This document shows positions 41,549 to 52,897 of a stretch of DNA of 64,000 bases, one piece after another; positions within the stretch are counted from its first letter, which is position 1; the number at the start of each line of letters is the position of its first letter. The position numbers were made by a program, and so were the translations under genes. The DNA is from Terriglobia bacterium (lineage in GTDB: Bacteria; Acidobacteriota; Terriglobia; 20CM-2-55-15). Location: positions 160,001 through 224,000 of the forward strand of contig CBDAOY010000007.1 of the NCBI GenBank assembly GCA_965198225.1, read 5' to 3'. The notes beneath the pieces were generated by a model that worked only from the letters and a program-made list of their open reading frames with translations, had not been told where the DNA came from and made no database searches.

Positions 41549-44500
41549 ATGAAGAAAGAGAGTTCACCGCCCAATGAGAAGGACGACGTTCGAGAGAACC
41601 GGGAGTCACGGGGAGCGTCAGGTTTGGGCCGGCGCCGGTTCATCCGCAACACGCTGGTCGCCTCGACGGCCGCGTCACTGGGCCAGGTGGGCGTCGTCCC
41701 GGCAGTGGGCCTCCCCATACAGGGTGGCGGAGGGCAGGGCCAGACCCGAGGGCCGGATGTCCCGGCCGTCCGGGCGGGCGCGACCGAGAATTGGAACGAG
41801 CCCTGGGTCTGGCGGCCGAGCGACTGGCCGGGCCAGCAACTGCACCTCAACGTCGTGGAAAACGAAAACCCCGGACGCGCGGTTGGCTTCGGCAATCCCG
41901 GCTCTATCCTGTTCAGTTACGGTGGCAACACACCGGGACCTACGATCCGGATGAGGGGCGACGAGATTCTCTTTGTGAAGCTCCGAAACATGCTTGGAGA
42001 AGACCTGGGCACGAGCGCGATCCGGGAAAGCCCGGACCCTAATGGACTCACTCCTGGCCTCGACATGCAAATCCGACGGCAGGGAGGCGACACCTACGCC
42101 GTCATTCCGGCCGAGGTCAAGCACGATACCTGCCTTGGGGAACACACTAATGGACTGCACGCCGCTCACGTCACCAATCTGCATACGCACGGACTTCACG
42201 TGCGGCCCGGCCGGAACCCGGATGGGACCCATTCCGACAACGTCATTCTCCGAGTGATGCCCCAGGCGGACCTTCTTCGCCGCGAAGAGCACGCGACGGA
42301 TCCGGATTGCCAGTTCTTGAGAGATCCCGGCCAGATTTCTTTTTTGCGAGACGACGAACAGGTCGGCGAGGCGGACTACGAGTTCCGACTGGGCAATGTC
42401 CAGCGCAAGAAGATGGAAAGGGAAGGCAAGCCCCCACAGCCGCACCCGGCGGGCACCTTCTGGTATCACCCCCACGCTCATGGCGCGACGCACAACCAGG
42501 TGGCCAGCGGCATGGCCGGGTTTCTCATCGTCGAAGGCGACATCGATGACACGGTGAACCGATTCTTCACGAACCGGACCGCCCCGGACCCGGAAGCGAA
42601 GACGGGCGACTACGACTACCGGGAGCGCCTGATGTTCATGCAGCGCGTTCTCAACCTGTCGCAGGACCCGGATGCGCCAGCCCGGCAACGAGGCCTGCGG
42701 CAGGCCGGCCGGAACCCGGCTCTCGTCAACGGCGACAGCGTACCGGCGATCATCCGGATGCGGCCGGGAGCCATCGAACGATGGCGCGTGATCAACGGAA
42801 GCGTCGACGGACGGGGCTTCAAACGGTTCATGGTGGTCAAAGGCCAGTACACGGTCCAGACGGTCCCGAACCCTGCGCCTCCTCCCCAGACCAGCATGGA
42901 GCTGTTCGAAGTGAACGAACAGGGTCAAACCGTCGGTCCGATCACGCTCGCCGACCTGGAGAGCCTGGAATCGCGGAAGCAGAATCTCTATCAGCTCTCG
43001 GTCGACGGGATCGCCCTGGTTACCGGCTCCGGAGACCAGGTCCGGTATGCGATCAAGGATCTCTCCGAGCAGAACGCGGGGTCTCGGAACCCTCTCTGGA
43101 CACCCGACCCCGATGCGTTGGAGTCGCTGGGCGCAGGTCCCGGCGACTCCAGCGTGGATACTCTGTCCAGGTTGAGAAACGTCTGGAAGAGTGGCACCAA
43201 CGTTCGGGATTGCTTCGTCCGCCCGAACGAGTTCTACATGGGACCAGCCAACCGGACGGATCTCTTCTTTCAGGCGCCCCGCCTCGGTTCCGACAGTCGG
43301 ACCGCCGCGGATTCCAATACCCGATATGATGTCTATACCGTATTGGCGAAGGCGGTGGTGGTCCACAGCGACAATCCCGATCAGACGGCCCAACGTCGGG
43401 TCAACGGCAATCGGCCGACCGCGTCTACGCCCTCGCCAGCCGACGTCGTCCTGGCCTATATCGTCGTGGAGGAGGCAGCCGGGCAGAATCCGATAGCCAA
43501 TTACGACATCAAGAGTCTTATCAACCGATTGTCCGACGACCTGCCGCCGGTTCAGGACTATCTGCTGCCCATCGGCGACGACGAACTCATCGTCTCGAGC
43601 GAAGAAGCCACCGCCCGCAACCTACCCCTCGATAGTCACCGCACCCGAACCATCACATACTCGGGTTGGGGTTCCCAAGACGCGCCGTTGCTGAGCACCT
43701 ACCCGACCGATCCGTCCGCCGGCAACTTTAATTCCTTCATCGAAAACGACCAAACCAACAACGGTGGCCGACTGGAGAACCTGATCTATGCCCGGAACGG
43801 CGTCGATGCGGATGGCAACCCCTACTATGTCGCCTTGCCCGCCGCCATTCGAACCATGGCCATCGGCTTCGACAACCCCAGTCCGATCGATCCCGATCCG
43901 CGGAACCTACCGCGCAAGTTCGATCCGACCGACCTGAACCGGGCCCGGATGCTCGAAGATACCGCCGAAGAGTGGGCGTTGTACAACGTCTCGGACATGC
44001 TGTGGGGGAATACACGACCAGTGCGAAAGGGACCGACCGACCCGGTCGACCAGAACAACGATCCCCGAGCGGCCGACTACACGCAGCCGACTACCCAGTT
44101 CAAGGAACACTATGTCTCCTACCCGATGTCGCGAAGGGAAGGACAGGAGATATTCGATCGGAACCACGACTTCCAGGTCGTCAGCCGCGGGGTCGACCAT
44201 CCGTTCCATATCCATCAGAATCCCTTTTGGGTGACGCGGATCGAGATCCCGGACGAGAACGGAGACCTCACCAACATACTGGACGAACCCCGGTGGATGG
44301 ACACCATCTGGATTCCCCGCCACCGGGGACGCGTCGTCTTTCGGTCTCGCTTTCCCGACTACGTCGGGGCGTACGTCCACCACTGCCATATCCTCCTGCA
44401 CGAGGACAACGGCATGATGCACGTGATCGAAGCGACTCCGTTCGTCAGCCAGAGCAACTACGTCGCTAAGGATGGCGCGAGCGACGCCGAGGGGAAGTTT

Positions 44501-44614
44501 CCACGTCCCACACGTCAGGATGCGTACAGGCGGAGCAGCATGTTTCTGGATCCCGATCCGAATACCGGCCAGAACTATCCGGGTTTCGACGTGGAGCCGC
44601 CGGAACTGGCCTGA
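41549..44614 (+). CDS. Large Tat-exported multicopper oxidase
   Basis: GRRRFIR; HTHG, WYHPHAH, HPFHIH, HCHILLHEDNGMM. Confidence 0.9.
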   Translation: MKKESSPPNEKDDVRENRESRGASGLGRRRFIRNTLVASTAASLGQVGVVPAVGLPIQGGGGQGQTRGPDVPAVRAGATENWNEPWVWRPSDWPGQQLHLNVVENENPGRAVGFGNPGSILFSYGGNTPGPTIRMRGDEILFVKLRNMLGEDLGTSAIRESPDPNGLTPGLDMQIRRQGGDTYAVIPAEVKHDTCLGEHTNGLHAAHVTNLHTHGLHVRPGRNPDGTHSDNVILRVMPQADLLRREEHATDPDCQFLRDPGQISFLRDDEQVGEADYEFRLGNVQRKKMEREGKPPQPHPAGTFWYHPHAHGATHNQVASGMAGFLIVEGDIDDTVNRFFTNRTAPDPEAKTGDYDYRERLMFMQRVLNLSQDPDAPARQRGLRQAGRNPALVNGDSVPAIIRMRPGAIERWRVINGSVDGRGFKRFMVVKGQYTVQTVPNPAPPPQTSMELFEVNEQGQTVGPITLADLESLESRKQNLYQLSVDGIALVTGSGDQVRYAIKDLSEQNAGSRNPLWTPDPDALESLGAGPGDSSVDTLSRLRNVWKSGTNVRDCFVRPNEFYMGPANRTDLFFQAPRLGSDSRTAADSNTRYDVYTVLAKAVVVHSDNPDQTAQRRVNGNRPTASTPSPADVVLAYIVVEEAAGQNPIANYDIKSLINRLSDDLPPVQDYLLPIGDDELIVSSEEATARNLPLDSHRTRTITYSGWGSQDAPLLSTYPTDPSAGNFNSFIENDQTNNGGRLENLIYARNGVDADGNPYYVALPAAIRTMAIGFDNPSPIDPDPRNLPRKFDPTDLNRARMLEDTAEEWALYNVSDMLWGNTRPVRKGPTDPVDQNNDPRAADYTQPTTQFKEHYVSYPMSRREGQEIFDRNHDFQVVSRGVDHPFHIHQNPFWVTRIEIPDENGDLTNILDEPRWMDTIWIPRHRGRVVFRSRFPDYVGAYVHHCHILLHEDNGMMHVIEATPFVSQSNYVAKDGASDAEGKFPRPTRQDAYRRSSMFLDPDPNTGQNYPGFDVEPPELA

Positions 44615-44709
44615 CCCGAATCTGGAGCTTCGGCCAAAGTTGGCAGCCGTCATTGTGTCGGAAGCTTCCTGGAAGTTGAACCGGTGAACCAATCGAGGAA
44701 TCGGCACCC

Positions 44710-46761
44710 ATGAGCAGACAATTCGATCGCGTCCTGATCGTCATGTTCGAGAACCAGTACCGTCGGTACGTGATGCAGGACCCATTCATGCGCAAACTGG
44801 CGGAGGCAGGCGCCGACATGGCGAACTACTTCGGCGCGTTTCATCCCTCGCAGACCAACTACATCGCATCGCTGGCTGCCGAGGTCTGCGCCGTGACGAA
44901 CGACACACCTCCGGCTGAACCACTATTGCAACAGACTCTGGTCGATCTGCTCGAGGACGGCGGGATCTCCTGGAAGGCTTATATGGAGGACTATCCGGGG
45001 AATACGTGGAATCCGGCCTGGCAACAGTCCGGTTATCCCTCCAGCGACCAACCCCTCAACGAGTACCCGGGTCTCAAAAGCACCGACCTGGCAAGGTTCT
45101 ACCGCAAGCACAACGCTTTCGCGTCGTTCCACACCATTCAGCGGGATGAGAAGCGCTGGGCCAGGATCGTCGGCGCAACCGAGTTCTGGACGGACGTCGA
45201 AAGCGATTCACTGCCCGAATACGGCTGGTTTACGCCCAACATCTGGAACGACGGACACTACCTCCACAACACGCATGTGGACACTGATCCGCGGACCCAG
45301 CTGGTTCCGCAGATATCACGTTGGTTGGAGTACGTGTTCCTCGGCAGGATCGCCGGCGCGAAGGTGCAAGGCGGATCGGGGGTCGGGCAAGGCTTCATCG
45401 GTCTCAACCTCGACCTCGATCTACTGCTCACGGATCCAGCGGCGGCATGGAGCAAATCCCGTGTTCCCAAGGGCACCCTGATCGTGGTGACGTTCGACGA
45501 AGCCGATTTCGACGCCACGGGCTACGACACGAACTACGATGGACCCAACCAGGTCTACACGGTCTTGCTTGGAGACATGATTCGCCCCGGCACCTTTGTT
45601 CAAACTCCATACAATCACTACAGCTTGATCAGGACGATCGAGCGCAACTACGAAATCGGAGACCTTGGCAAGAACGATCGTGACGCGAACTGGTTCCGGT
45701 TTCTCTGGAACGAGAAGTTTGCGTGGTCGGATCCTGCTCCAACAGGTATCGCGACAGCGGGCCACATTGCGCTGACCAGCCCAGCAGCGACGCAGCAAGG
45801 CCCAGGCGGCGCACCAAACGCCCTGCTCGCATTCGACGAGGGAGGCGGCAGCATCATGTCGGCGTCCCTCCAGGACGGTGCGTGGTCCGACCCCGAATCG
45901 ACCGGCCTGAAGGCAAACGGCCGCATCGCCATGGCGACTGTTGGAGACGTCGTCCACCTCGTCATGGTCAACGACGATCAGCTCCTTCGTTGTTCGTACC
46001 AGCCGGGCGAGGGATGGTCGGAAGCAAGGCCCATGAATCTGACCGCTTCCGGCGGCATCGCATTGAGCGCCTACAACGACTACGCCGATCAGAGACAGAA
46101 GTTGATGCTGTGCTGGACGGGCCAGAACGGATTCATCAGATTCCTGATCTTCGACCGAGGCGAGTGGCAAGGCGAGCCGGGAGATGTCGGCCAATTGACC
46201 GACGGCCCAATGGCCCTTCGGCAACTGGGCCCGTCTCTGTTCCTCGTCTACAAGGAACGCAACACCAGAAAGCTCCGGATGACGACCTTCAATCTGGGCC
46301 CGTTCAACGCGTTTCACGCGGTGGACTTCACCAATGACCCTGCCCCTGCGAACGATACTTCCTTGCACGCCTGGTCCCCTTTCGACGTGCACGTCGGCCA
46401 CTTCGCCGGGAAATCGAATACCGTGCAAAACGACTACCAGGCGTTGGGCGACCTCGCCATGGCGACCATTGAAGGAGGAGAAATGCATCTCGTCCATCGA
46501 GGTGCGTATCGGGATACTCCCACCGCTTTCACCGAGATCTTCGGCCTTACAGGGATCTTTACTGCCAGCCAGTCCGAGACCAACGGCTTCGGCACGATGC
46601 GCCAGGCCGGATGGACGCGTGAACAGGAATACTCGAAGATTTGTCTCGACCCCGACAATCCGATCGCAATGGCTTCGGATGGGAGCCGACTGTTGATGGT
46701 GTGGCGTGACGCAGGGACGGGCCAGGCACTGCAGTTTTGTGTTGGGAGCTATGGTGTATAG
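44710..46761 (+). CDS. Phosphoesterase (SapM/acid phosphatase-phospholipase C family) with C-terminal repeat domain
   Basis: IVMFEN, HPSQTNY, RKHNAF, TPNIWNDGH, TFDE, YNHYSLIRTIE. Confidence 0.85.
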   Translation: MSRQFDRVLIVMFENQYRRYVMQDPFMRKLAEAGADMANYFGAFHPSQTNYIASLAAEVCAVTNDTPPAEPLLQQTLVDLLEDGGISWKAYMEDYPGNTWNPAWQQSGYPSSDQPLNEYPGLKSTDLARFYRKHNAFASFHTIQRDEKRWARIVGATEFWTDVESDSLPEYGWFTPNIWNDGHYLHNTHVDTDPRTQLVPQISRWLEYVFLGRIAGAKVQGGSGVGQGFIGLNLDLDLLLTDPAAAWSKSRVPKGTLIVVTFDEADFDATGYDTNYDGPNQVYTVLLGDMIRPGTFVQTPYNHYSLIRTIERNYEIGDLGKNDRDANWFRFLWNEKFAWSDPAPTGIATAGHIALTSPAATQQGPGGAPNALLAFDEGGGSIMSASLQDGAWSDPESTGLKANGRIAMATVGDVVHLVMVNDDQLLRCSYQPGEGWSEARPMNLTASGGIALSAYNDYADQRQKLMLCWTGQNGFIRFLIFDRGEWQGEPGDVGQLTDGPMALRQLGPSLFLVYKERNTRKLRMTTFNLGPFNAFHAVDFTNDPAPANDTSLHAWSPFDVHVGHFAGKSNTVQNDYQALGDLAMATIEGGEMHLVHRGAYRDTPTAFTEIFGLTGIFTASQSETNGFGTMRQAGWTREQEYSKICLDPDNPIAMASDGSRLLMVWRDAGTGQALQFCVGSYGV

Positions 46762-46866
46762 CGCGGCCCTGCATTTATCAAACCGGCAGGCGCACCCGCC
46801 GCTACCGGGAGCAGTTGGGGAAGGAGGTGTGTGTCGATCCCCGATGCGTCTTGATGGAAACCCGCG

Positions 46867-48297
46867 TCAGTTGGTCCCAACCACAAACGTCGTTTCGTCT
46901 TCGCCGTCGGCGTTTTTGATGGTTATGGTCCAGCCTTCGGCGGCCGGCTCGATCACCCCGAAATCGATGTTGTGGATGAACGTCAGGTCTTGCTTGTCTA
47001 CGCCCAATTCCTGAAGCACCGAGGGGTTGGCATCGAGCAACGCGTCGGTGATCTCCGGGTCCAGCGCGGTCGCGCCGCCTCCAAAGACCAGTTGAGGGGG
47101 CCGTCCGTCTGTGAAGGCCAGCTTTTCAAATTGATGCACATGCCCTGCAATTAACATTTTGACCGAAGCCGGGATGCCCTGGTCCTCGGACTGTTTCAAA
47201 GCAGCCTGAAGGGTGAGGTCGGTGAAGGCGATTTTCGGCACGCCGTTGTCAAGAAAACTGGCGACGGCCCAAAAGGGGCGGTGCGTGGTGAGCCAGGCGG
47301 GAGTCCCTTCGCTGGCAAGGCCGTCTATGACGGTGAATTCCTGAGCATAGCGCGCCACGGTGGCGGGATCCGGCGTGGCCGCATAGTCATCGGGGATCTC
47401 CGACGTGTCCATGACGAGGATGTCCTGAGGACCGGCGGGCACTCGATACGGATCGGTGTAATCTTGACAGTTTTCCCACGTCCAGGGGTCGTCTGGCAGG
47501 GTGACGAGGTCGAGAAAATAGAACCACCCTTTCCAGGCACGGGCGGTGGACGGGTCCGTGCCGCAATCTTCATGGTTGCCCCGAATAAACACCCAGGGCG
47601 CTTGCGGAAGAAGGGTTTTCGCCGGCTCGAAGAAGTCCGCTTTCCAACTGGCCCACGTGTACCCGATGTTGCTTTGCTCGCATCGCGCATCGCAGGTCCC
47701 AGACTCACGGTAGTGATAGTCGCCAACGTGAATAATCAGATCCGGGCCGACCGCGTCGATGCTGGCGGCGACTGCAGCGAAGTTCCAGGCAGGTCCCAGA
47801 CTGTCTACGTCCACCCCTGTGCAGTTTTGAACATCGTTTCCTTTGACCCGGCACCCGGTGTCGCCCACGACGACGATCCTTTGAGGGGAGGATACCGGGA
47901 CCGCCAACGCCTGACCGTCAATGGACGCCGAGGCCGTCCCGGAAGGGATCCCATATTCGCACACCTGGATCTCTTCGAACATCGGCGGTGACGCAGGGCT
48001 TCGAAGGGTCATCGTGTGCGTCGTTCCGTCGAGTTGGATGTTCGGACAACCGCCGTTCTGTGCCGTGACTGCCCGCGCCACGGCGTTGCCCTCCGGCCCT
48101 AACGCGACCCATAAATAGTCTGCGGAAGCAGCGTCGTCGGCCTCAGTGGCTTGATCGTCCGAGCAAGAGAGCGCCGCAAGCACCAAAAACGCGCCGATGA
48201 AGCACAGACGAGAACCTCGAAAAGATCGGGGCGCGTAGCGGACTGTGGCGACAGGCTCACGCGGCGTGACTACGGATTTTCGCCCGGCGAATATCAT
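46867..48297 (-). CDS. Metallophosphoesterase lipoprotein, purple-acid-phosphatase-like
   Basis: Lipobox ALSC; GDTG, GDYHY, GNHE, TTH, GHVH. Confidence 0.85.
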   Translation of the reverse strand: MIFAGRKSVVTPREPVATVRYAPRSFRGSRLCFIGAFLVLAALSCSDDQATEADDAASADYLWVALGPEGNAVARAVTAQNGGCPNIQLDGTTHTMTLRSPASPPMFEEIQVCEYGIPSGTASASIDGQALAVPVSSPQRIVVVGDTGCRVKGNDVQNCTGVDVDSLGPAWNFAAVAASIDAVGPDLIIHVGDYHYRESGTCDARCEQSNIGYTWASWKADFFEPAKTLLPQAPWVFIRGNHEDCGTDPSTARAWKGWFYFLDLVTLPDDPWTWENCQDYTDPYRVPAGPQDILVMDTSEIPDDYAATPDPATVARYAQEFTVIDGLASEGTPAWLTTHRPFWAVASFLDNGVPKIAFTDLTLQAALKQSEDQGIPASVKMLIAGHVHQFEKLAFTDGRPPQLVFGGGATALDPEITDALLDANPSVLQELGVDKQDLTFIHNIDFGVIEPAAEGWTITIKNADGEDETTFVVGTN

Positions 48298-48449
48298 CTA
48301 ATTCCTCAAGCGTCCATCGATCGACAAACGCATAGTATCAATTGTCATGGAAAACATTTGGGTAGTAGCGGGATTTTAGTAGGATTGGGACCGATTTGAA
48401 GGAATCTGGGAATTGTCACTAGAACAACACGCCTTGGGGAGACAACGTC

Positions 48450-49827
48450 ATGATCTTGAAGGAACCGACTGTTGGCCCGATCATTGGTTGGACGACCACG
48501 AATTCCGTCAGGCTTTGGATTAGAGGCGATAAGAGCTCGAACAACCGGACTTTCGGCGTCGCTCGAATACGGAAGAGCGGAGCGAAAAGGTTCGGTCAAC
48601 CCAAAGTCTTCAAAATGATGCCGGTGTTTGATTTCACGGGCATCGTCAACTTTGACGGCCTGTCTACAAATCAAGGCTACGACTATCAGATCGGATACGT
48701 CTTTGCCGATGGCGAACCCGACGACTTATCGATCAGTTCGAAAGATGATTGGAGTGATGCTGCGCACGGCACTCTTCGGACGGCGGTTTCAAACTCCACC
48801 GACCACACGTCATTTATTTTCGGGTCATGTCGGTACTTGTTGCGCCTGTTCGGCGGGTCATTCTTTGATGGCCGCGGCGACAAAACCTTTAGATCGATCA
48901 ACCGACAGATCAGTGCCGGAAAATCGACGGATTTGTTGTTAATGGTCGGCGATCAAATCTACGCTGATGACCTCAATTTCCTTGCGCCTGATAATCAAGT
49001 CGACGAATTCCTTTCCCGTTACCGCAAAGTCTTTGGCCAAAAACACATTCGGGAACTCATGAGCCGATTGCCGACCTACATGACATTGGATGATCACGAA
49101 ATCAGCAATGATTGGGATCAGGACCGCGTCAAGAAAGAGGGCGACCTTTTTGCCGCCGCCATTCATGCTTACGAGTGTTATCAGTTTGTCCACGGCCCCG
49201 GCTTTCGGTTTTCGGGCAAAGCGAACAGGTCCGACACGCCCCAAAAGCTCTGGTACAGATTCCGACGGCAAATCGACCTTTTTCGTTACAGAGCGCTATT
49301 CCTCTTATGAACCGGAGCAGATGATCAGCCCGGAGCAAATGGACGCGCTGAAAAAATGGCTGGTCGCCCCTGGGCAGGGCACGAATACCAAATTCATAGT
49401 TACATCGGTGCCGTTCTTTCCCGATACGCGTTCAGGCTCAAAAGACAAGTGGTCTGGCTTTACCGAACAGCGACTGGAAATTCTGGAATACATCCGCAGG
49501 AACAAGGTTTCCAAGGTCGTATTCCTTTCCGGCGACGTCCACTGTTCGATGGCTGGACAACTCAAATGTGCGGGTGATCCGGATTTCCTAGTAACGTCCG
49601 TTGTTTCTTCGTCGTTTTTCTGGCCCTATCCACAGGGTCAGGCTTCGGGGTTCAAACTCAAAGGAACACTCGAAAACAGCGGTGGCCAGAACTACACCCT
49701 GTCAGGCTTCGGGAAGGTCCATTCCGACGACAATTTCACACGCCTCTCGACGGGCCACGGTAAATTAAGAGTGGAATTCTTCGAACGGAAGGGAGCGCTC
49801 TTGGGGACTAGAACATTAACCTTGTGA
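48450..49827 (+). CDS. Alkaline phosphatase D family protein, frameshifted near 49262
   Basis: FGSC, GDQIYAD, DDHEISND; second frame DKW, FLSGDVH. Confidence 0.8.
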
Positions 49828-49935
49828 CGAGAGAAGGCACTGCGCCCCTGAGGACCGTTCCGCTCCGAAGGCGTGTTCGGGACATTGGTCTGGAGCGAGC
49901 GATGGAGAATCATATCGGCGTAAATGCGATCGTAG

Positions 49936-51605
49936 ATGGAAACAAACGTGATCCCCTCTGAATCGCCTCACTCAGCTCTCTTCTGGCAGGATTCGGACGG
50001 CAATGAGCGTTCCTTTGTCCTAGACGGCGACCGGACCACGATCGGTCGGCAGGACAGTGATGTCGTGATTCTCGACCCGGCTGTCTCGCGGAGCCACGCT
50101 TTCATCGATAGAGTCGACGGCGGTTATCTCATTACGGACAACGACAGCAAGCAAGGCACCTTGGTCAACGGGGAAGCCATCAAGTCCCACGTCCTGGAGC
50201 TCGGAGACCGAATCGAGCTCGCAAGAAAGAGATTCGTCTTGCACTTCAACTGCTGGTCCCGTCCAACAGATCACACCGACCACGCTGCTGGCACCTCCCG
50301 TTCGACCTGATCGAGCGTTCAATCAGCGACATCCAGACCGCACTGATGTCGGATTCCTCCATTCTCGACAAGGTCTCCTGCATTCTCGAGTTCCGGTACC
50401 GGTGGGAACACTTGTTTACGCCGGACGTGGCTTTTGAACAGATCCTCAGCTCTCTGTTGAAGATCAGCCGGGGGGAACGTGCGTTCATGCTCGTCCGGAA
50501 AGGCGATGGCTTTGGCTACGCTTCCGGGATGGGATCGGACGGCCAGACGTTGAGCGAGGACAAGTTTCAGACGAGCCGAACTGTGGTTTCGAGGGTACTG
50601 AAGAGCGGCCGTCCGCTATTCATGACTGAAGAGCTCGATCGGGTCATTGCCGAGCAGCAGAGCATCATGGCGATGCGACTGGGGGCGGTTGCCTGCATTC
50701 CTCTTTACGGTATCCCGGCCGAGGGCGATACCCCGGTCATCCTGGGCATCCTGTACGTCGACAGCACCAAACCCATGCACTCCTTGACCGGCCTGGACGA
50801 AAAGATCGTGAGCAAGCTGGCGCTCGAGGCCGCCAATGTGCTGGAGCGCATCGAGCTCGTCAAGAGCATCGAGCAACGCCAGGCGCTGGAGCAAGAGCTG
50901 GCGTTGGCGGAAGAAACACAGAAGGCTTTGTTGCCGACCGAGCTCCCCGAGATCGAAGGCTTTCGTTTCTGTGGGTATTCCAAGCCGACCCGCTATGTCG
51001 GTGGAGATTTCTACGACTTCATGCCGGCGTCTGACGACGGCTTCTATGGACTGCTGGGCGACGTGTCGGGTAAGGGGGTTGCCGCCTCGCTCGTCAGTTC
51101 GATGGCGCTGGGGTGTTTGAGGACACAACTGCGGTCAGGCCAGCCACTTGTCGCTCCGGCCGAATTGCTGAACCAGTTGCTCTTTGAAACCTCCCCGGAA
51201 CGCTTCGTGACGCTGTTCCTGCTTCAGCTGGGTCGCGACGGTCGTGGCAGCTACCTGAGCGCGGGTCACAATACCGCTTTTCTCTACCGAAGAGGATCAG
51301 GGGGGGTGGAGGACATCTCCTCAAACAACCTGATCGTAGGGGCGTTCGACTTCGCGACGTTCCACTCTGCTTCGATCACGCTGGAGTCGGGGGACGTCCT
51401 GCTGGTTTACTCGGATGGCCTCAGTGAGGCGGAAAATCCGGCCGGGACGATGCTAGGTGAGGACGCCATTCGAGAGACGCTGAAGGAAAGTGCGGAAGCC
51501 GGGGCGAACGAGGTCGAGGCTGCGCTGCTCGATCTGGTCGATGTCTTTACGGAGGGTCACAGCCAGAGCGACGACATTACGATGGTCATTATCGAGTCGT
51601 TATGA
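49936..51605 (+). CDS. FHA-GAF-PP2C (SpoIIE) phosphatase, frameshifted near 50250
   Basis: IGR..SRSH..GT.VNG; GAF; GGDFYD, GDVSGKG, YSDG, DDIT. Confidence 0.85.
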
Positions 51606-51663
51606 GGCTCGACTGCACACCACCTCCGGACTGTGAGCGCGACGCCCAGTTATTGTCTCAAGG

Positions 51664-51736
51664 GAACTGGGCCAGGGCGGTATGGGATCGGTCTGGCTGG
51701 CGCAGTTTCGAGGTCAGGTCGTCAGGTTGCGATCAA
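51664..51736 (+). pseudogene. Ser/Thr kinase N-lobe remnant
   Basis: [14 protein letters not shown], then GRQVAI in a shifted frame. Confidence 0.6.
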
Positions 51737-51896
51737 TACACTACCCAGATGAGACATTTCTTCCGCTTGAATCCCACCTGTAGGTCAACACATCCCTTCT
51801 AATCGTAGACTTTCCACACAGGGGAATTTATTCTTCCTACGCTGCGAGGCCGTTTCCGGGGGAAGCGGGTCGCCAGCGAGCGTCGGAGGATCATTT

Positions 51897-52895
51897 ATGA
51901 AACCGAGTCGAAGACAGTTCTTGAAGAGCGCAAGCGTGGCAAGTATCGCGGCGTTGGCGGGCAGTCCCGTAGGCGCGCGCAGTTCCGAGGCCCAGAGCGG
52001 CGCCGGTCCGCGTGTGCGTATGGTCGAGACCCCGATTCTCGACATCGGGTACGAAGAGCATGGGGATAGCGAGGGGTTTCCGATCATCCTCCTGCACGGC
52101 TTTCCCTACGATGTGCGATCGTGGGACGGGGTAGCGCCGCCCCTGGCCGATGCCGGTTACAGGGTTCTCGTGCCATATCTTCGCGGGTACGGCCTTACGC
52201 GCTTTCGCGATTCCGATGTACTGCGCACGGCCGAGCAGGCTGCGATCGCTCAGGACGTGATCGATTTTGCCGATGCGCTCAGCCTGGAGCAGTGCGCACT
52301 GGCGGGTTTCGACTGGGGGAATCGTGCGGCCTGCATCGCGGCGATCCTGCACCCCGAACGGGTGAGGGCCCAGGTGGCCATCGGTGGGTATTCAGTACAG
52401 AACACGGTGACCCCTGGGCGGCCCGCACCAGCCGTCGCTGAGGCGAGGCGCTGGTACCAGTGGTACTTCAATACGGACCAGGGGCGGGCCGGGCTCGAGG
52501 CGAATCGCCGGGACATCATCCGGTACCTGTGGGAGACGTGGTCGCCCGGCTGGGAGTATACAGACGAGGCGTTCAACCGCTCGGCCCCCTCGTTCGACAA
52601 TCCTGACTTCGTGGATGTCGTCATCCACTCATACCGGCACCGGCATTTGAACGCTCCGGGGGAGAAGCGCTTCCTGGCGGTGGAACGCCGGTTGGCGGAG
52701 CGGCCGCCGATCCAGGTGCCGGCCATTGTGCTGCGTGCGGCAGAGGGCGGCTTTGGCCGCCCCTCGCAGGACCCGTCAGGAGACGAAGCAAGATTCCCAG
52801 GGCTCGTTGCGCGCCGTATCATTGAGAAGGCAGGACACAACCTGCCGGTGCAGCGGCCCGATGCGGTGTCGGCGGCCCTGTTTAAGCTGCTATAG
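51897..52895 (+). CDS. Tat-exported alpha/beta hydrolase (epoxide hydrolase-like)
   Basis: SRRQFLK, HGFP, GFDWG, AGHN. Confidence 0.9.
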   Translation: MKPSRRQFLKSASVASIAALAGSPVGARSSEAQSGAGPRVRMVETPILDIGYEEHGDSEGFPIILLHGFPYDVRSWDGVAPPLADAGYRVLVPYLRGYGLTRFRDSDVLRTAEQAAIAQDVIDFADALSLEQCALAGFDWGNRAACIAAILHPERVRAQVAIGGYSVQNTVTPGRPAPAVAEARRWYQWYFNTDQGRAGLEANRRDIIRYLWETWSPGWEYTDEAFNRSAPSFDNPDFVDVVIHSYRHRHLNAPGEKRFLAVERRLAERPPIQVPAIVLRAAEGGFGRPSQDPSGDEARFPGLVARRIIEKAGHNLPVQRPDAVSAALFKLL

Positions 52896-52897
52896 GG

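Noticed and set aside
50308-50310. TGA after the FHA ORF as a second Sec codon
   Set aside because: The downstream ORF is in a different frame; a frameshift explains it
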